A DNA stretch of 64,000 nucleotides, taken from positions 124,001 through 188,000 of the forward strand of contig DF236985.1 of NCBI GenBank assembly GCA_000708835.1, written 5' to 3'. The stretch comes from Klebsormidium nitens. Taxonomy: Eukaryota; Plantae; Klebsormidiophyceae. A program made the position numbers and the translations under genes. Of the stretch, positions 1 through 12,672 are shown piece after piece (the stretch's first letter is position 1; the number at the start of each line of letters is the position of its first letter). A model generated the notes under the pieces. The model searched no databases and was not told the origin of the DNA. It saw only the letters and a program-made list of their open reading frames with translations.

Positions 1-318
1 TCGGCGCTGATGCTTTGCTCCTGCCTTGCTTGATCCAATCCGCCGCACTTGCGTATCAAGAAAGGGAGTCGAGTCTGTTGATCCTCTATCTAGTGACAAT
101 CTCTTTTGTCCAGCTCTGACAATATTAACCGCACGTTGATAGCTTCGATTAGGCAATCGAGTCGGATGGAAAGATCTGTCTTGGACAGCTGTCCTTGTCA
201 ACCTCCCTTCACTTCCAGAAACTGCCTGAACGAGACTCATTATGCAGAGTCCTCAAAGTCGAGAGACTGTGCCATCATAAGATTTTCACACAGAGTCCTT
301 TCTTCCGGGTTACTACAG

Positions 319-593
319 GGCTGGTGCACTACCAGCAGAACCTGGATTGCGCCCCCGCCAAGTACATCATCACGTACAACGACGCCGAGGCGCAGACCGT
401 CAACTCCGTTCCCGCGCTCTTCAACCTCCCTGCCGCTGCTGTGGTGCAAGTTCTGGGTCTGACGGCAGACCAGTACGCTCAGCTGAAGAGCACCTCGGTT
501 GACGGAAACTTTGTGCCGGGCTCAGACCCCGCGTGTATGGCGCGGTGCGGGCTTTCCCTGCCGGCCGCCCAAAAAGCAACCGGCGGTCGCTGA
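319..593 (+). CDS. Last exon of a germin-like/spherulin-type cupin protein (upstream exons outside the window)
   Basis: Acceptor ttactacag|gg at 318/319. The exon reads GLVHYQQNLDCAPAKYIITYNDAEAQTVNSVPALFNLPAAAVVQVLGL, matching the second germin/cupin box pattern G.(V/I)H(F/Y)Q.N..C.PA......N followed by LF.LP..VV...LG. Stop TGA at 591-593. Confidence 0.65.
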
Positions 594-1878
594 ACGGAAA
601 TATAGCGGAAGAGGGACTTTCCTCGGATTGTTTGAGGCGACACGGCCGCGGTGACATGATGAGATGTTGGTGGGCAGGAGAAGGGGCCAGGCCTGGGGCG
701 GCGTACAGTCGTATATTGGAAGAGCAGGCCGGCGCTGTAAACAAAGAGATAATTGACAAGCCTCGATCCAGACGCGATACATTGTCGACAAGATTGGTGA
801 TCCGCGAGTGGGAGACAGTGATCCATACGCTTGCTCTGGCTAGCTTGTCACAGCTTTCGAGCCTGCTCCTAGAAGAACAGTGGAGCCTGCACAGCGCACG
901 CTACATAATAGGCTGCAGCTGTTCTGGCGCACTTTGGAGAATAGTGGTACGCTTCATTCGGCCATTGTGCTTTTTATTGATTTTCTGGTTCAAGCTGGTC
1001 AAGCTGGCACATCCTGTGAGAAATCGTGTCCAGGGCTAACTATAGACGATAAAGAGGGACCTCAAACCCAAATTAATGGTAAGTGACTATCATTCTTACA
1101 AATAGTTCGTCGACAGGCCATGTTGGTTTGTCTTGACCTGACACCGGCACGCTCTGGCACTGTTCGCGGCCCATGCGCATATATGCAATCAACTGGGTTT
1201 CACGTGCACGGAGCTTGCAATGTGATCCAATGCATCGGACATACACGCTTTGCATCGGGCCGCCGCACTGACACCGTCTGCATGGGCAACATGTAGAGTC
1301 TACATCCCGGCCAGATCATTGCGCATTTGATTGCATGCGGAACCTGCGGAGTTGAGTAGCTCGCCGTATACTGATGGCGCATATGCTTGAGACTGCAGCA
1401 TCATGGCATGGGGGCGCTTTTATAGTTTCTACTGACGAATGATAATACGCGTCCGAACTTGATTGGTCATGTGCATAACATGTCTCACAACGAAACACCA
1501 TCAATGAGAAAATAGTTCATTCATGCTTGACTAAACATTGATGCACATGCTACACGTACGTTGAAAGTTTGAAGGTGTCATATCTGTTTACGAACTAGAT
1601 CGACACTTACCCATGTAGCTCAGCTGCTAACTTCGTATAGGTACTCAAATCCGAAGTGAACACTGTACATGTTCCTCTCTTCCTCACGCCTGATGACGCT
1701 CCGCAATCGAAACTATGAAACTAATAACCCGTCATCTGCAAACCCTCCAATATACTTCTCACCGTCCTGACCATTTTGAATCGTTGTGCAATTCTAAGCC
1801 TTTCGTATGGTATGTACACTAACCAAGTCAGCCAGACCTTCCGACGAGTATCACTGCAAGGAATTTGTCCAAACACCC

Positions 1879-4800
1879 TCACTCCACTGGCAAAAACACT
1901 TCGTTCGTCTTCAAAAACCACGGAACGAAGGGCGGATTATACCGCGCAAGCGTCGGCGTCCCGGTGACCGTCAAGCCCGCCTCTTCCAACGCTTCTCGAA
2001 GCGCCTTCTCCTTTTGCGCGGTAACTGCAAGGCAAAAACAATAACGGTGAGTAGTTAGCGCTTGAGCAGTTACCTGGGATAGAACGCAGCGTTCAGACCT
2101 TTGCGGTTTCTGTGCTTGTCCGTTCGTCGGGATCTGGTAAAAGGTTGACGCTCTTTGCTGGCTAGTGTAATCTGGTGTAATAAGGACTCAGTCCGGCATT
2201 CCACCGAATCAGGAAGCGGACCGATCCAAAAACCACCATCTATCCACACCCACAAAAAATTGTTACGGGTTGCATATATACACAACAGGCAATCTGATGA
2301 AGATGAAAGATGACGGACTTTCATCAATGCTTCCTGAATGCTCTCCACATCAGAGCAACAACAAATCATGCAAGACCGGTTTTCCCATGGGAGCAAACAC
2401 AGCAACACAAACTCAGCTTAAGACTCCACAAGAAAGACTTTTGCGGAAACTTCGAAGCAGCAAACGAGACCACTCACGTCCTTCAAGTGCAAGCTTAAGC
2501 TGATTGGCAATAACTCCGCTTTGCGGCCTTATCGCAGCAGCAAAATAAGACTACTCACGTTCTTCCGTCGTATTTCCCGAAAACTTTATCACGCCCAGCT
2601 TGCGTGCGGGCAGCTCCTTGATGGACACCCGCGAGTCCTTCGGCTTTGGCGCGTTCTCCATTGTGTACTTCTCCGGTAGCACGAACTGCATGATGGACTC
2701 TTTCTTGGAGCCGGAGCTCGAGTCGGCCGTGATCACCGGTGCAGTCATAGCGATCTTTTCACCATCCACCTTGTCGCTCTGTGGGGCAACGGCAAGAAGC
2801 GTGATCAGAACAAAACTCAAACGCGAAGGCGCTTGCACAAATCTTGGAGACGCTATCAGATGGTCAGAAACTGACTGTCTTCTTGCATCTTGCTACAAAT
2901 CTATGTTGCGGGGGAAGAAGAAACATCGGGATTGGTTACTGAAGGAAGATAGTGCTTCGTAAGAGACGTCAGCCTGTCTAAAAGACGGCAGTGGCTGTGA
3001 CTCCTGCACACTCGTCCCGTTTGTCTCGCGGCGCGGAGGGATCAGAACAAAGGCTAAATCAAAAGGAACCACTTTCCTCCAGAGCACGTCGCCATTGCGA
3101 TACGATAAACAAATACAACCCGCCTTGCTTTTCGCCCTGCTCAACTTCACAGTAAAACAAGAGGGGGAAGCAAATCCAGGTTGTGATTCGATAGAAAAGG
3201 AAAGTCGAGCAGGCATGACATTCGCATGCTGCCGGCAGCACTTATAGGAAGGCACGTTGACTGTCAAGTTCCTTACGTACGTTCCTTACGAAGGGACAGA
3301 CGATATGCAAGCCGCTACGTAGGGAACTTGACAGTCGTGTCCCTTCGTTGGTGAACCCGTGACAATGGCTTGATGTGACTTGCCAGATCGAATCCCCATC
3401 GGCAAATCCTCTTCGTCTAGATTTGTGCACATCAATCGACTCCAAAGTGACCGCCAAAGAGTCAAAAAATTGTGTTAAGAATTTGTTGAAGGGTGCCGCT
3501 CAAATCGTGTTATGCCGAAGCAAACACCTCAGATATGGGCCATGTACGGAAATTTACGGACCAACCTGCACCACTTATCCAAACTGGATCGTCTCACTTG
3601 GCCAAAATAATAATCTAATTCAGCCCCGTAGCACTGAAGGCGGCCAAGCTCTATCTTAAGCCCACCCCCCCATTCTTCGGTCCGCGCAATGAGATTTGCC
3701 TGCAGTACGTTTTCTCGATGTAAGGGGCCTTACTTTCCCCGTTGTCCCGGCCACATTATCAGGCTGATTGTCTTTGAGCGGCGAGTGGACCATAAACCCA
3801 CAGTTTGTGACCGGAGTGCTCACCGTCGGATCGCTGGTCTCAGTGATAACTGGCGCAGTCATCGCAATCTTCTCCCCTGACTCAGGCTTGCTCTTTGACT
3901 CATTCTCTGGGTTGCCGAAGACCCCAATGTACTTTGCCAGTGTCCTGAACGGGTCTGACTGATTCTTTCCGTAAGCCGCACCTGTGAAAACCGAAAGCTT
4001 TCCGTTGAGCAGGCTTGGCCTATGTTTGGTTAAGCGACTCTGACCCAAATGACTTGACTTCAGGCTGTCCCCTATAAGTGCCCGGCAATAGACAATCGAT
4101 CCTAGTGGGTGCAATGTCGGACAATGAGATGGCGTTGCTGCCTCTCCTTACGAGTGAAGCAAGGAAGGCATACTATATTGTCAGACCGCAACAACTAGCG
4201 GTTTGCCAGTGCGAGGTACACGATTCCAATGATAAAAGAAGTCCCATTGCTATGCCGGTGGCAAAGTCAAAAGGCGTCTCCGAATTTAATTGCTGCAAGA
4301 ACCTCTTTGTTTCAGCTTCCTGAGTGCCAACGGTTCTGATTGCCAACTCTCTAATGGCTCAGATTGCACTTGCGCAATCCGAAATCGGAATTATCCTTTC
4401 AATGTTCTCAAAGTCTTCCAAGCCTCAGTGCGGAACGAACAACGTCTGAAGAACTCTTTCAAGCTTGACATGCAAACAATTCAAATGCCGACGGGCAATC
4501 GCTAGTGTAACACGGTACTAGAGGCGTAAAGAAGCTCATTAGTAGTTGCGGTTGAATCATAACAAACTGGGGCTTTGTAAAGCAACGTGGCCTTACCCTC
4601 ATACTTTACCTCCGCAACAACGGCTGGAGGGTATTCTCGGACTTCATAGTTGGCCCCACTTGACACCACCGTGTACTTTGGTTGCTCTACAGTGACTCTG
4701 GTAAACCAGCAAAACGTAGTCAGTGTCAAAAGCTGATTTTCTTCACCAGAACATAGCGAATCAAGTCCACCCAGTTGCTCGTAGAAGGGGCTGAAGAAGA

Positions 4801-5140
4801 TAACAGAGTCTGCCACTTTGACATCTGTATCATCTTTTCTTGTTGAGCTTCAAGCAGAAAAATATCATTTGGGCGCAGTGGAATGAACCCAAAGGAAACT
4901 TGATTCTTCGGACTAGGATTGCATTTAGACACTGCTGATACGCTTTAATAACGACATCTTTCAAGCGCGACGATAAGCAACAAAGGAAACTCGGTTCGTA
5001 GTGCCAACTTGAAAGCCTGCACTTACGCGCAAGAGAGAAAGTGCATGCACAACTCCTGAAGAAATATGTATTGCAACGCGTCGACCATGCAAAAATCTCA
5101 TGTTCCATATAGACACCCACCTTCCCAAAACCAGGCCCAT
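1879..5140 (-). CDS. HBP2: SOUL/heme-binding protein (plant cytosolic HBP2 type), 5 exons, 214 aa
   Basis: Exons 5121-5140, 4597-4697, 3824-3981, 2559-2778 and 1879-2024 join in frame (645 nt) with GT-AG introns. Translation: MGLVLGRVTVEQPKYTVVSSGANYEVREYPPAVVAEV...FRTLAKYIGVFGNPEN...EKIAMTAPVIT (twice)...MQFVLPEKYT..NAPKP.D.RV...LARYNPPFVPWFLKTNEVFLPVE, all SOUL-family motifs. Confidence 0.93.
3259..3336. repeat. Intronic 20-bp inverted repeat (hairpin)
   Basis: gactgtcaagttccttacgt (3259-3278) pairs with acgtagggaacttgacagtc (3317-3336) with one mismatch. It lies in SOUL intron 3. Confidence 0.8.
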
Positions 5141-5470
5141 TTTGCCTGCAGACCGTAAAGATCAGGTAACACTTTGAATCTGCTGGCCAGAAAATGGAGC
5201 TTTCCTTCAGAGTAAGCTAAAAATCCTTCGAAGTAAGCTGAGAGAGGGAGACTTCAGAAATGCAACAGATCTTCGGACACCTGATCGCTGAGAAGCGCTC
5301 GCTTTTCGTGGAGACTGAGCAGGAGCCCAGGGCCACAATGCAGACAATGATGGCGGCATGCAGCCAGGTGCTGGGTACGGACCTGGGTACGTATCCAAAG
5401 CAGTCGTGGTCATATCTCAGCCGTCCAAGTGAGTGCTCATTAGCAAGTCGCAGGCACTGGAGCAAGAGGC

Positions 5471-5853
5471 ACAAAGTTGCTGAATAAATTTTGGTAGAAT
5501 CGGACGCGGTACTCGACGGTTCGGACGTGGGCGGACACTCGAACCTGGTCGGGTAGCCTCAGAGCACACTAAAAACCTAAGACCAATGGCTCTGCCGTTA
5601 GTGGGAACCCTAATCGTGGAGCAGTCACAGGGAAGGAATGTAACCCTAACAAACCGTCACAGGGAAGGGGCGTAACCCTAACACACAGTCAGTGCTTTGT
5701 GACTTGACCCTAAGGCTAGTACGAGTGCCCGGTTGAAGTCGTGGTACTAGGTCCGGTACTCGTACAAATTCCTGGCGGTGGGTACCGTTCCGATCAATCG
5801 ACGGTCTCGATCGTCCGTCTCCAACTCTACCAAAATTTATTCGGGAACTTTGT
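5471..5853. mobile_element. MITE-like/foldback element with 28-bp inverted arms
   Basis: acaaagttgctgaataaattttggtaga (5471-5498) matches the reverse complement of 5826-5853 at 26/28 positions. The interior is non-coding, with several accctaa motifs and a short duplicated gtcacagggaagg...gtaaccctaac unit. No target-site duplication seen. Confidence 0.5.
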
Positions 5854-6476
5854 CCGTTTTGCGGCACTGGACGGACGACAAGCCATGCCATGATATCCAG
5901 GTTGAGGAAATCCGAAAAGGGCACTGACAACCAGTTTAAACTTAAAGCCGTTGATGTCCTTTTAGCTGTGCCCATCGACGCTAAGTAAACAACGACAAAC
6001 CAGCTCCACAAACCCAGTACAGAGTGAGCCCCTGCTGGGCTATAGTTTGGGGTTTGCACTGAAAACCTGACCCGATGGCCTCCTGTGCAAGTGGCTGGTT
6101 TCGGTCAGCTGAAGAATAGGAAGAAAGGAGATGGCGTGCATTTGCTGCGTCGCCATTGGCTAGGCAGGACAAAGACGAGGACGCTGTCTTTTGTCCACCA
6201 TCGTATAGCATCTTGGCAGGCTTGTTGCAAGTTTTGTAAGTGTATTACAAAATCTCGCTTGTTTTGGTACCCTGGCAGGCATACCTGTTCATAGATTCAA
6301 ATGGTTCCAACTGCTGGGCAACTGAAATGAGGGGGTCTCGTATAAGCCCTTTGCAAGGTTGGAGTGGCTCATCTTGCGCGCGCATGCCAGTCAACTAGTT
6401 CGATGGTGGAAAATCCAGGAAAAGGTGACTTCGCTGCCTAAAGCTTGATTGTGCTGCTTTACGGCGGCCAGCAAGC

Positions 6477-9400
6477 ATGAAACCCTCGTCAGATCAACAG
6501 ACCAGCCAGGTCAATGATGAGATCATGGAGAATGGAAGCTCAGCTGCTCAACTCCAGACCAGCGGTGATGAATTGCAGCTGCTCGACTCAGTGGAGAAAA
6601 AGAAGCCCGGCCTCAACAGCTATGTCCTGGCATGTGCATTGCTTGCATCACTCAGTTCCGCATTGTTGGGATACGGTAAGCGACCCGATCAAACTCTTAG
6701 AGGATGTGCTGCTGCCTTCTTTGCAAACCTCGCTGCATTTGGCTGCTGGAGCTCCAGTTCTCAGATAGCTTCGCATGAATGTCGCAACATTGTCAGAAGA
6801 CGATTGAGCTCTGAAGTGACATATGGATTTAGAGTGGAAGATACTTGACCAAATTTGATGATACTGACCCCTTTTAATGACCTCTCCCTTACTCAAGTCA
6901 GAAAAGTTGGAGAAGACAGTAGCTTCGATCTCACTGATTTATCAACTTCAGGTGCAATTTTCTTTTGGGTGCACTCCCCTTTGACATCCTTGACGCTTCT
7001 CTTTGCTTTACCTGAACCAACCATGGACAACCTGCAGACATTGGGGTCATGAGCGGAGCAGTTCTCTTCGTGGAAGAGGAGATGAAGATCAAGACGTTCC
7101 AGAAGGAGCTGCTGGTCGGCTCCCTCAACCTGGTGTCGCTACTAGGCGGAGCCTTTGCTGGACGTCTCTCCGATTACATTGGGAGAAAAGGTGAGAAAAG
7201 CTCACTGCTGCTTGTACATGCCAAAGTGTCTGGGTTAAGGACTTCTTGTCAGTATCTGTGACAGAACTACTGTAGAGGAGTTCTAAAACCCTGATACCCT
7301 TCTGTGACAAGTCCGCTAAGCCTAGATGACCCTTGTTTGACAGATCTGCTTTGCCTGGTTGAGTCGCCAATCATGTCTCCGAGCAGATTTTCGCTTCAAA
7401 TCAAACTTATCTAGATTAAGCGGATTATCTCCAAGTCAAAGCATACAGCTGCGAAGTGTCCCTTCTGATCTGTATCACAATTATTCAGATCAGCAGAATC
7501 TTTGCAAGTCAAAGCATACAGCTGTGACGGTTGAGATCTCCGTAGCTTGTAGATCGCCGTATTAATCAAAATCAAAACCACACCAAAACTTGGAAAAAGT
7601 GGTGGCCACCAGTGGTGCTTGAAGTTGTCCTGCAGACCTTGAGTTCAGGTGACCAGTTTCCATACTTGCCAGCCCCAGGGACAACGCTGAATTTACTGGA
7701 CCCGTCCATCTGACTTGTGAACCAATTACCATGTTGATTGAAGCTCCACGACCATGGACGGAACCTGTTAACTACCAAAGCGGACAGCTTCCCTGCTCAC
7801 ATTCAGATCAATGAAGTGAACAATAACATCGGTGAAATATGAGCTGACAATGCTGGGACAGTTGGACCTTCTTAGGGTGGGTATGGGAGCCGAGCGCGTG
7901 AATCTTTGGGTTTCTTTAGTCAGTTTGAGGCTTATTCTTCACTGCTCAAGCTTTTTAATCACAGGTCCGAACATTGCCCTGCTCACTCTCGCTTTTGCTT
8001 CCTGCAGGTGGCATGGCCACAGCAGCCGCACTCTTCCTGGTCGGCGCTCTCTCCATGGCAGCCGCTCCGACCTATGGCATACTCCTGGTGGGGCGTCTCA
8101 TCACTGGGTTGGGAGTTGGCGCCGCGCTGCTGATCGCCCCTCTTTACACCGCTGAGCTGGCACCAACGGGGGTGCGAGGCGCTCTCGTGTCTCTTACGGT
8201 AAGTCTAGTCAAATTTGCGAACCCAAGGACCGTTGAAAGGCCTAGGGAAGGGTTGCTCTAGGGAGCTTTTGGTTGGTTTGTATTTAAAGCCCCTAGCGGG
8301 TTATGATACCTTTTAAGGGCAACGAGTATCTCGATTGCATCCAGACTCTGCAAGTTTAAACGTTTCTGCAGCTGCTGAAATATCCGTTTCTTGCAATAAG
8401 AACCGACTCAGGTATATTTTCAGAGATCGAAACAAGTCGTCATTCTGTTTGACAGTGCAATGAAGTCCATCTGTGAGTAGCGGCTTCCAAGTTTCCGCTA
8501 GCGCTTCCCACATCGTGGACACTTGGGCTTAGGTTGTCATTACAGCACTGTAAACATTCACCGCTGTAACGGATTCAAATTGGTCCTTACGACAGTCTCA
8601 GTGCCCTTCCCGAATCCTGTTCGAGCATCAAATCCATTCAAGTACTTTGATTTCAGAAAACTCCAACCGGAACTCTCTCTTCTTCCGTTAACTTCCCGTA
8701 TACCATTAGGCATCCTGACCAGGCACTTTAGCAATTGAGCCTCCCCCTTGAGATCGTCTTAGCACCCGGACAGATCCCCAACTCCCGCCCTTCGCAGGAG
8801 GTCTTCATCAACGTAGGGATCCTGCTCGGCTACATCGCCTCGTACGCGCTCTCCGGCCTCCCCGCCAGCTCGGCCTGGCGCTGGATGGTCGGTCTCGGGG
8901 CAGTCCCCGCATTCTTCCTCGGGGCCGGCGCGCTCTTCATGCCCGAGAGCCCCCGCTGGCTCGTCATGCGCGGGCGGCTGCCGCAGGCGCTCCGGGTGCT
9001 CCTGCTGACGTCATCCGGGGACCGCGACGACGCCGACGCGCGGCTTGCGGAGATTGTGGCGTCGGTGCAGGGGAGGGGGGTGGGGAGTGAAGCGCGGCTG
9101 GCGAGGAAGGAGTCGGGGCAGCAGGAAGAGCAGAGCGCGGCTCCGCTGCGAGCGACGGCGGCGCGGAGTCGACGGGGGTCGGCCGACGAGCGGAACGGCA
9201 AGGGAAGGAAAGGAGCGGAAAGCAACGAGCGGAATGGGAAGGAAGGGAAAGGAGCGGAACTCGAGGGCGAACGAGGGGCGGTGCGCAAGCAACCTGAGCT
9301 CGAGCAGAAGAAAGCGGAGGAGATCGCGCGCCTGCAGCGGGTCGGCGCGCAGCCCGCGTTCTCCGGGAAGGGCAGTCGGGCAACGGAATCCGGCGCCGGA

Positions 9401-10927
9401 AAAAACACCAGAACGCACACGGGGTCGCCTTTTATGGAGCCGCACGAGGGGACGGACGCGCTGGCTCGAGGAGATCTAGACGCAGCGGAGGGGCTGGAGG
9501 AGTTGGTCACAGAGCGGGGCGGCGGAGGGAGTGGTGTGTGGCGGGATCTGATGCTGCACCCTACACCGGTGGTCAAGCGGATGCTGCTCATCGGGCTGGG
9601 GTCCAACTTCTTCCAGCAGGTGAAGTGGCTTCCTGAACTCGCTTTCTCCCATTCTTTTCGTTTGCCGAGCCGATCGGTCGCCAGTCCATGGCTTCCCTTC
9701 TCGAACTTGCTCCATGACCTCGAAAGAAGCGGGCAGCTAACATTTTCAGCGATCCGTGGCAGTCGCAAACCTTGCTGGCCGTTAGGAAAAGGGACTCATC
9801 TGATATCCCTGAGACATGGACAATGTGCAACGTCGACTGCCCTCACCCCTTCGTTCGCCGGGAGTTCGACCGGACCAGCGTGCTCAAAAGCTCGTCACCT
9901 TCAATTCAGCGAAACGTCTAAGCTAACTCGCTACCTTGTTTTCCAGGCGACTGGTGTGGACGCCATTGTATATTACGCTCCAGCCGTCTTCGCCCTCGCC
10001 GGAATCAACACCCGCGCGGGCGTCCTCGCCTCCACCATCGTGGTCGGGGCGGCCAAGGCCGGTTTCGTTTTGGTCGCCGTTTTCCTCTTGGACCGGGGCT
10101 GGGGAAGGCGACCACTCCTCCTCATGAGCGCGGTCGGTTGCACCGTATCCCTCCTAACCCTCGCCATCGGTTTCATGCTCCTCGGGGGCGGCATGAACGA
10201 CACCCATACGGCCCATGCTCCATCCCCCGGTTCCGCCGTTCCGGTCGGGCAGGACGGAACGGGGTTCCTCCGGTCGCTCGCGCCGGTGCTGGCTGTGACT
10301 GCCACGTGTGCGTACATGGCGTTCTTCTCGGCTGGGCTTGGGCCGGTGAACTGGGTTCTGGTTAGCGAGATCTTCCCGTCAAGGCTTCGAGCGCAGGCCA
10401 TGGGGCTCGCGACCGTTGTAAACCGCACGATCAGCGGCACTGTCTCCCTCACTTTCCTCAGCCTCGCGGAAGCAATCACCGCGGCAGGCACGTTTTTGCT
10501 CTTTGCGCTGATCGGGCTCGCATCCGTGGCGTTCTTCTATTACGTGGTGCCGGAGACGCGGGGGAAGAGCTTAGAGGAGATAGAGAAGATGCTCGCGCAG
10601 AAGGACGGCCCAGAAACGGAAGTTGCTAACGCTCCGACGGAAAAGCAATCGTGGTTAAGTAGACTGTACCAAAGGATCACAGGAATGTTTGCTCGAGGGT
10701 ATTCCGAGGTAGGAGATGCGGGACAGGACGATAGCGTGAACGGGACCGATGAAGATCAGACGCCCGTCAAGAAGGATACCGGTGATACCCGCCGCATCAA
10801 TAGGTTAGCAGCAGCTTCGGAGCAGGCAGAGGCTAGGTTAAGCTTGCGGGACAAAGTCAAGGCGATCGCACTGCGTAAAGAAAACGTTGGTCCATCGGAA
10901 TCGAGTAGGATGTTAGATGACCTGTAA
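6477..10927 (+). CDS. MFS sugar porter, polyol/monosaccharide transporter (PMT/PLT family), 5 exons, about 781 aa
   Basis: Exons 6477-6675, 7038-7190, 8008-8198, 8798-9619 and 9947-10927 join in frame (2346 nt). Motifs: LLGYDIGVMSGA, LSDYIGRK, GRLITGLGVG, PLYTAELAP..RG.L, MPESPRWLVMRGR, FFQQATGVDAIVYYAP, DRGWGRRPLLL, GLGPVNWVLVSEIFPSRLRAQA, VPETRGKSLEEIE. Confidence 0.95.
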
Positions 10928-11326
10928 ATCTCGTAAATGCACGCCGCGCGCTGTGATTTGATTCTGATCAGCTATCGATTGTAGCTGATCAACTATATTT
11001 AACGAGCTTGCCCCGCCTGATTGCTGTCCCATGTTCAGCATCAATACATGCCGGCGGGTCTGAGGACCAGCTCCCTGGCCATGTTCGTCATATCTTATGA
11101 ATCCACACCCTCATGTGAAACGTTGGTGAAGTCGCGATGAGGGAGCCCTAGGTCAGCTTGATGGATGCATGTGGATTGGCGCACCTTGAGCAAACATATA
11201 CATGTGCAACGCGTTGCATCAATGATGAGGGATGGGAGTCTACGCACGGTTAACTGAGTGAAAAAATGGCCACGGAGCCAAGACTCGAGACCAACTTCGG
11301 AGGTAACGGAATTGACAATGGCTGCC

Positions 11327-11434
11327 TACACCAGGCCCCACCAGGCAAGATGTTTGCAAGACAAGTGCAATGTGCACAGTTACACCAGGCCCCACCAGGC
11401 AAGATGTTTGCAAGACAAGTGCAGTGTGCACAGT
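11327..11434 (+). repeat. 54-bp tandem duplication (2 copies)
   Basis: tacaccaggccccaccaggcaagatgtttgcaagacaagtgcaatgtgcacagt at 11327-11380 is repeated at 11381-11434 with one substitution. Confidence 0.9.
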
Positions 11435-12672
11435 TAACCAAATCTCATTCTGTTTGAAGATCTGAAAAACTGGTGTTAAGTGCATTACAGGCCAGGCTGC
11501 GGAGAGTTTGGGGGCCTTGCCAGCAGCCTGATACAATGTTGCTGGAGGCTCTCTTCACAAGGCCTTCCTGGTGCTTCCGCACCCCAAGCAAGGCCCCTTG
11601 GGTCCCCCCAGAGGGCCCTGACGCAAGCTGGCACCTGGTAGTCTGCTGTGCACATTGCACACAAGGGCTGAAGGGCAGGGGGATCATCCCTGGCAGGGGG
11701 CGGCTGGGCTCTAATTAGGGAGGCTTCCCAAGGTCTGAGATTGACGCCATTGGCACTGGAGGGTCCTTGATGTTCAAGAAGCATGCCTGGAGATGGCAGG
11801 GGGATGGCAGCAGAGGTGGACTGGCATACAGCCTTTCCAATCTTGGAGAAAGGTATAGGAGAGGGTTGGCGGGCCTTTGTATTTCTTTTTCTACGCCTCA
11901 GCGGACCAAGTGCTTTAAAGCTTGCTGCCACGTCACTTCCACCATAGCCCCCCACAAAAGGGGCACAAAAGCCCGCACAAAAGGTCCGATTCTGGAGCTT
12001 TTTGAGTTGGCTGAAAGCTTTCAAGGGCCTGTAGATGCTACGCTTGGCGAGAAGAATGCTAATTTTTAACGCCTCCTCCTGCTACCAATGTCAGACTCCC
12101 AGCAAGAATTTGCACTTTTGTCACAAGAGCTGTTGAACCAAAGGCTTCATAATTTTTCTGACATTATGACATACTACTCTTTCAATTCCCGACCTCCGTG
12201 ACCAGCTCGAGGTCAGAGCCAAAAGACTGAATAGCAACACTGCAGACACTGCCGCCGTCCTGCAAGCTGACAGGGGTCCGCTGTTCTCAAGATTTACATA
12301 ATAGCGAGCTGGAACTTGCAAGTTCGGAGCTAGCAAGGGGGCCGTCAGATCGGAAGTTGCGACCCATGGATCTGCTTCCCCAGTTGGGGGATTCCCCGGT
12401 AGTGCAACCTGCCACTGAGGTGTCCTCCGCCTCCCTCGAGTTTTCACTGCATGAACGAGGTTGCCTGGCACCAGTCACGCGACTCACGGCGTCACCCTGC
12501 TCCTGCGGTGAGGAAGACACCTCAAACATTGCTTTCTTGCAATGTCATTGTGAGATACAGAGAGACTCGAAGGGCAACCATTTTAGAATCTGTTAAGGTC
12601 TCTAAGAAGGCAACCATTGATCGTCAAAACTGTCAAGGACTTTAATCTCTGCTCTATTGGCATTGCACCACA

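Noticed and set aside
5260-5487. 75-aa GC3-rich ORF (MQQIFGHL...) upstream of SOUL
   Set aside because: No recognisable motif or partner exons, and it runs into the inverted-repeat element; at best an unassignable fragment.
8830-10491. Long antisense ORFs (312, 144, 139 and 172 aa) over the transporter
   Set aside because: Shadow frames of GC-rich coding sequence; the same applies to antisense ORFs over 14680-15663, 16134-16768, 28659-29078 and 60904-62289.
11445-12069. Overlapping ORFs up to 179 aa, possibly a decayed mobile element
   Set aside because: No RT, integrase, transposase or other motif recognised, and the frames are interrupted by stops.
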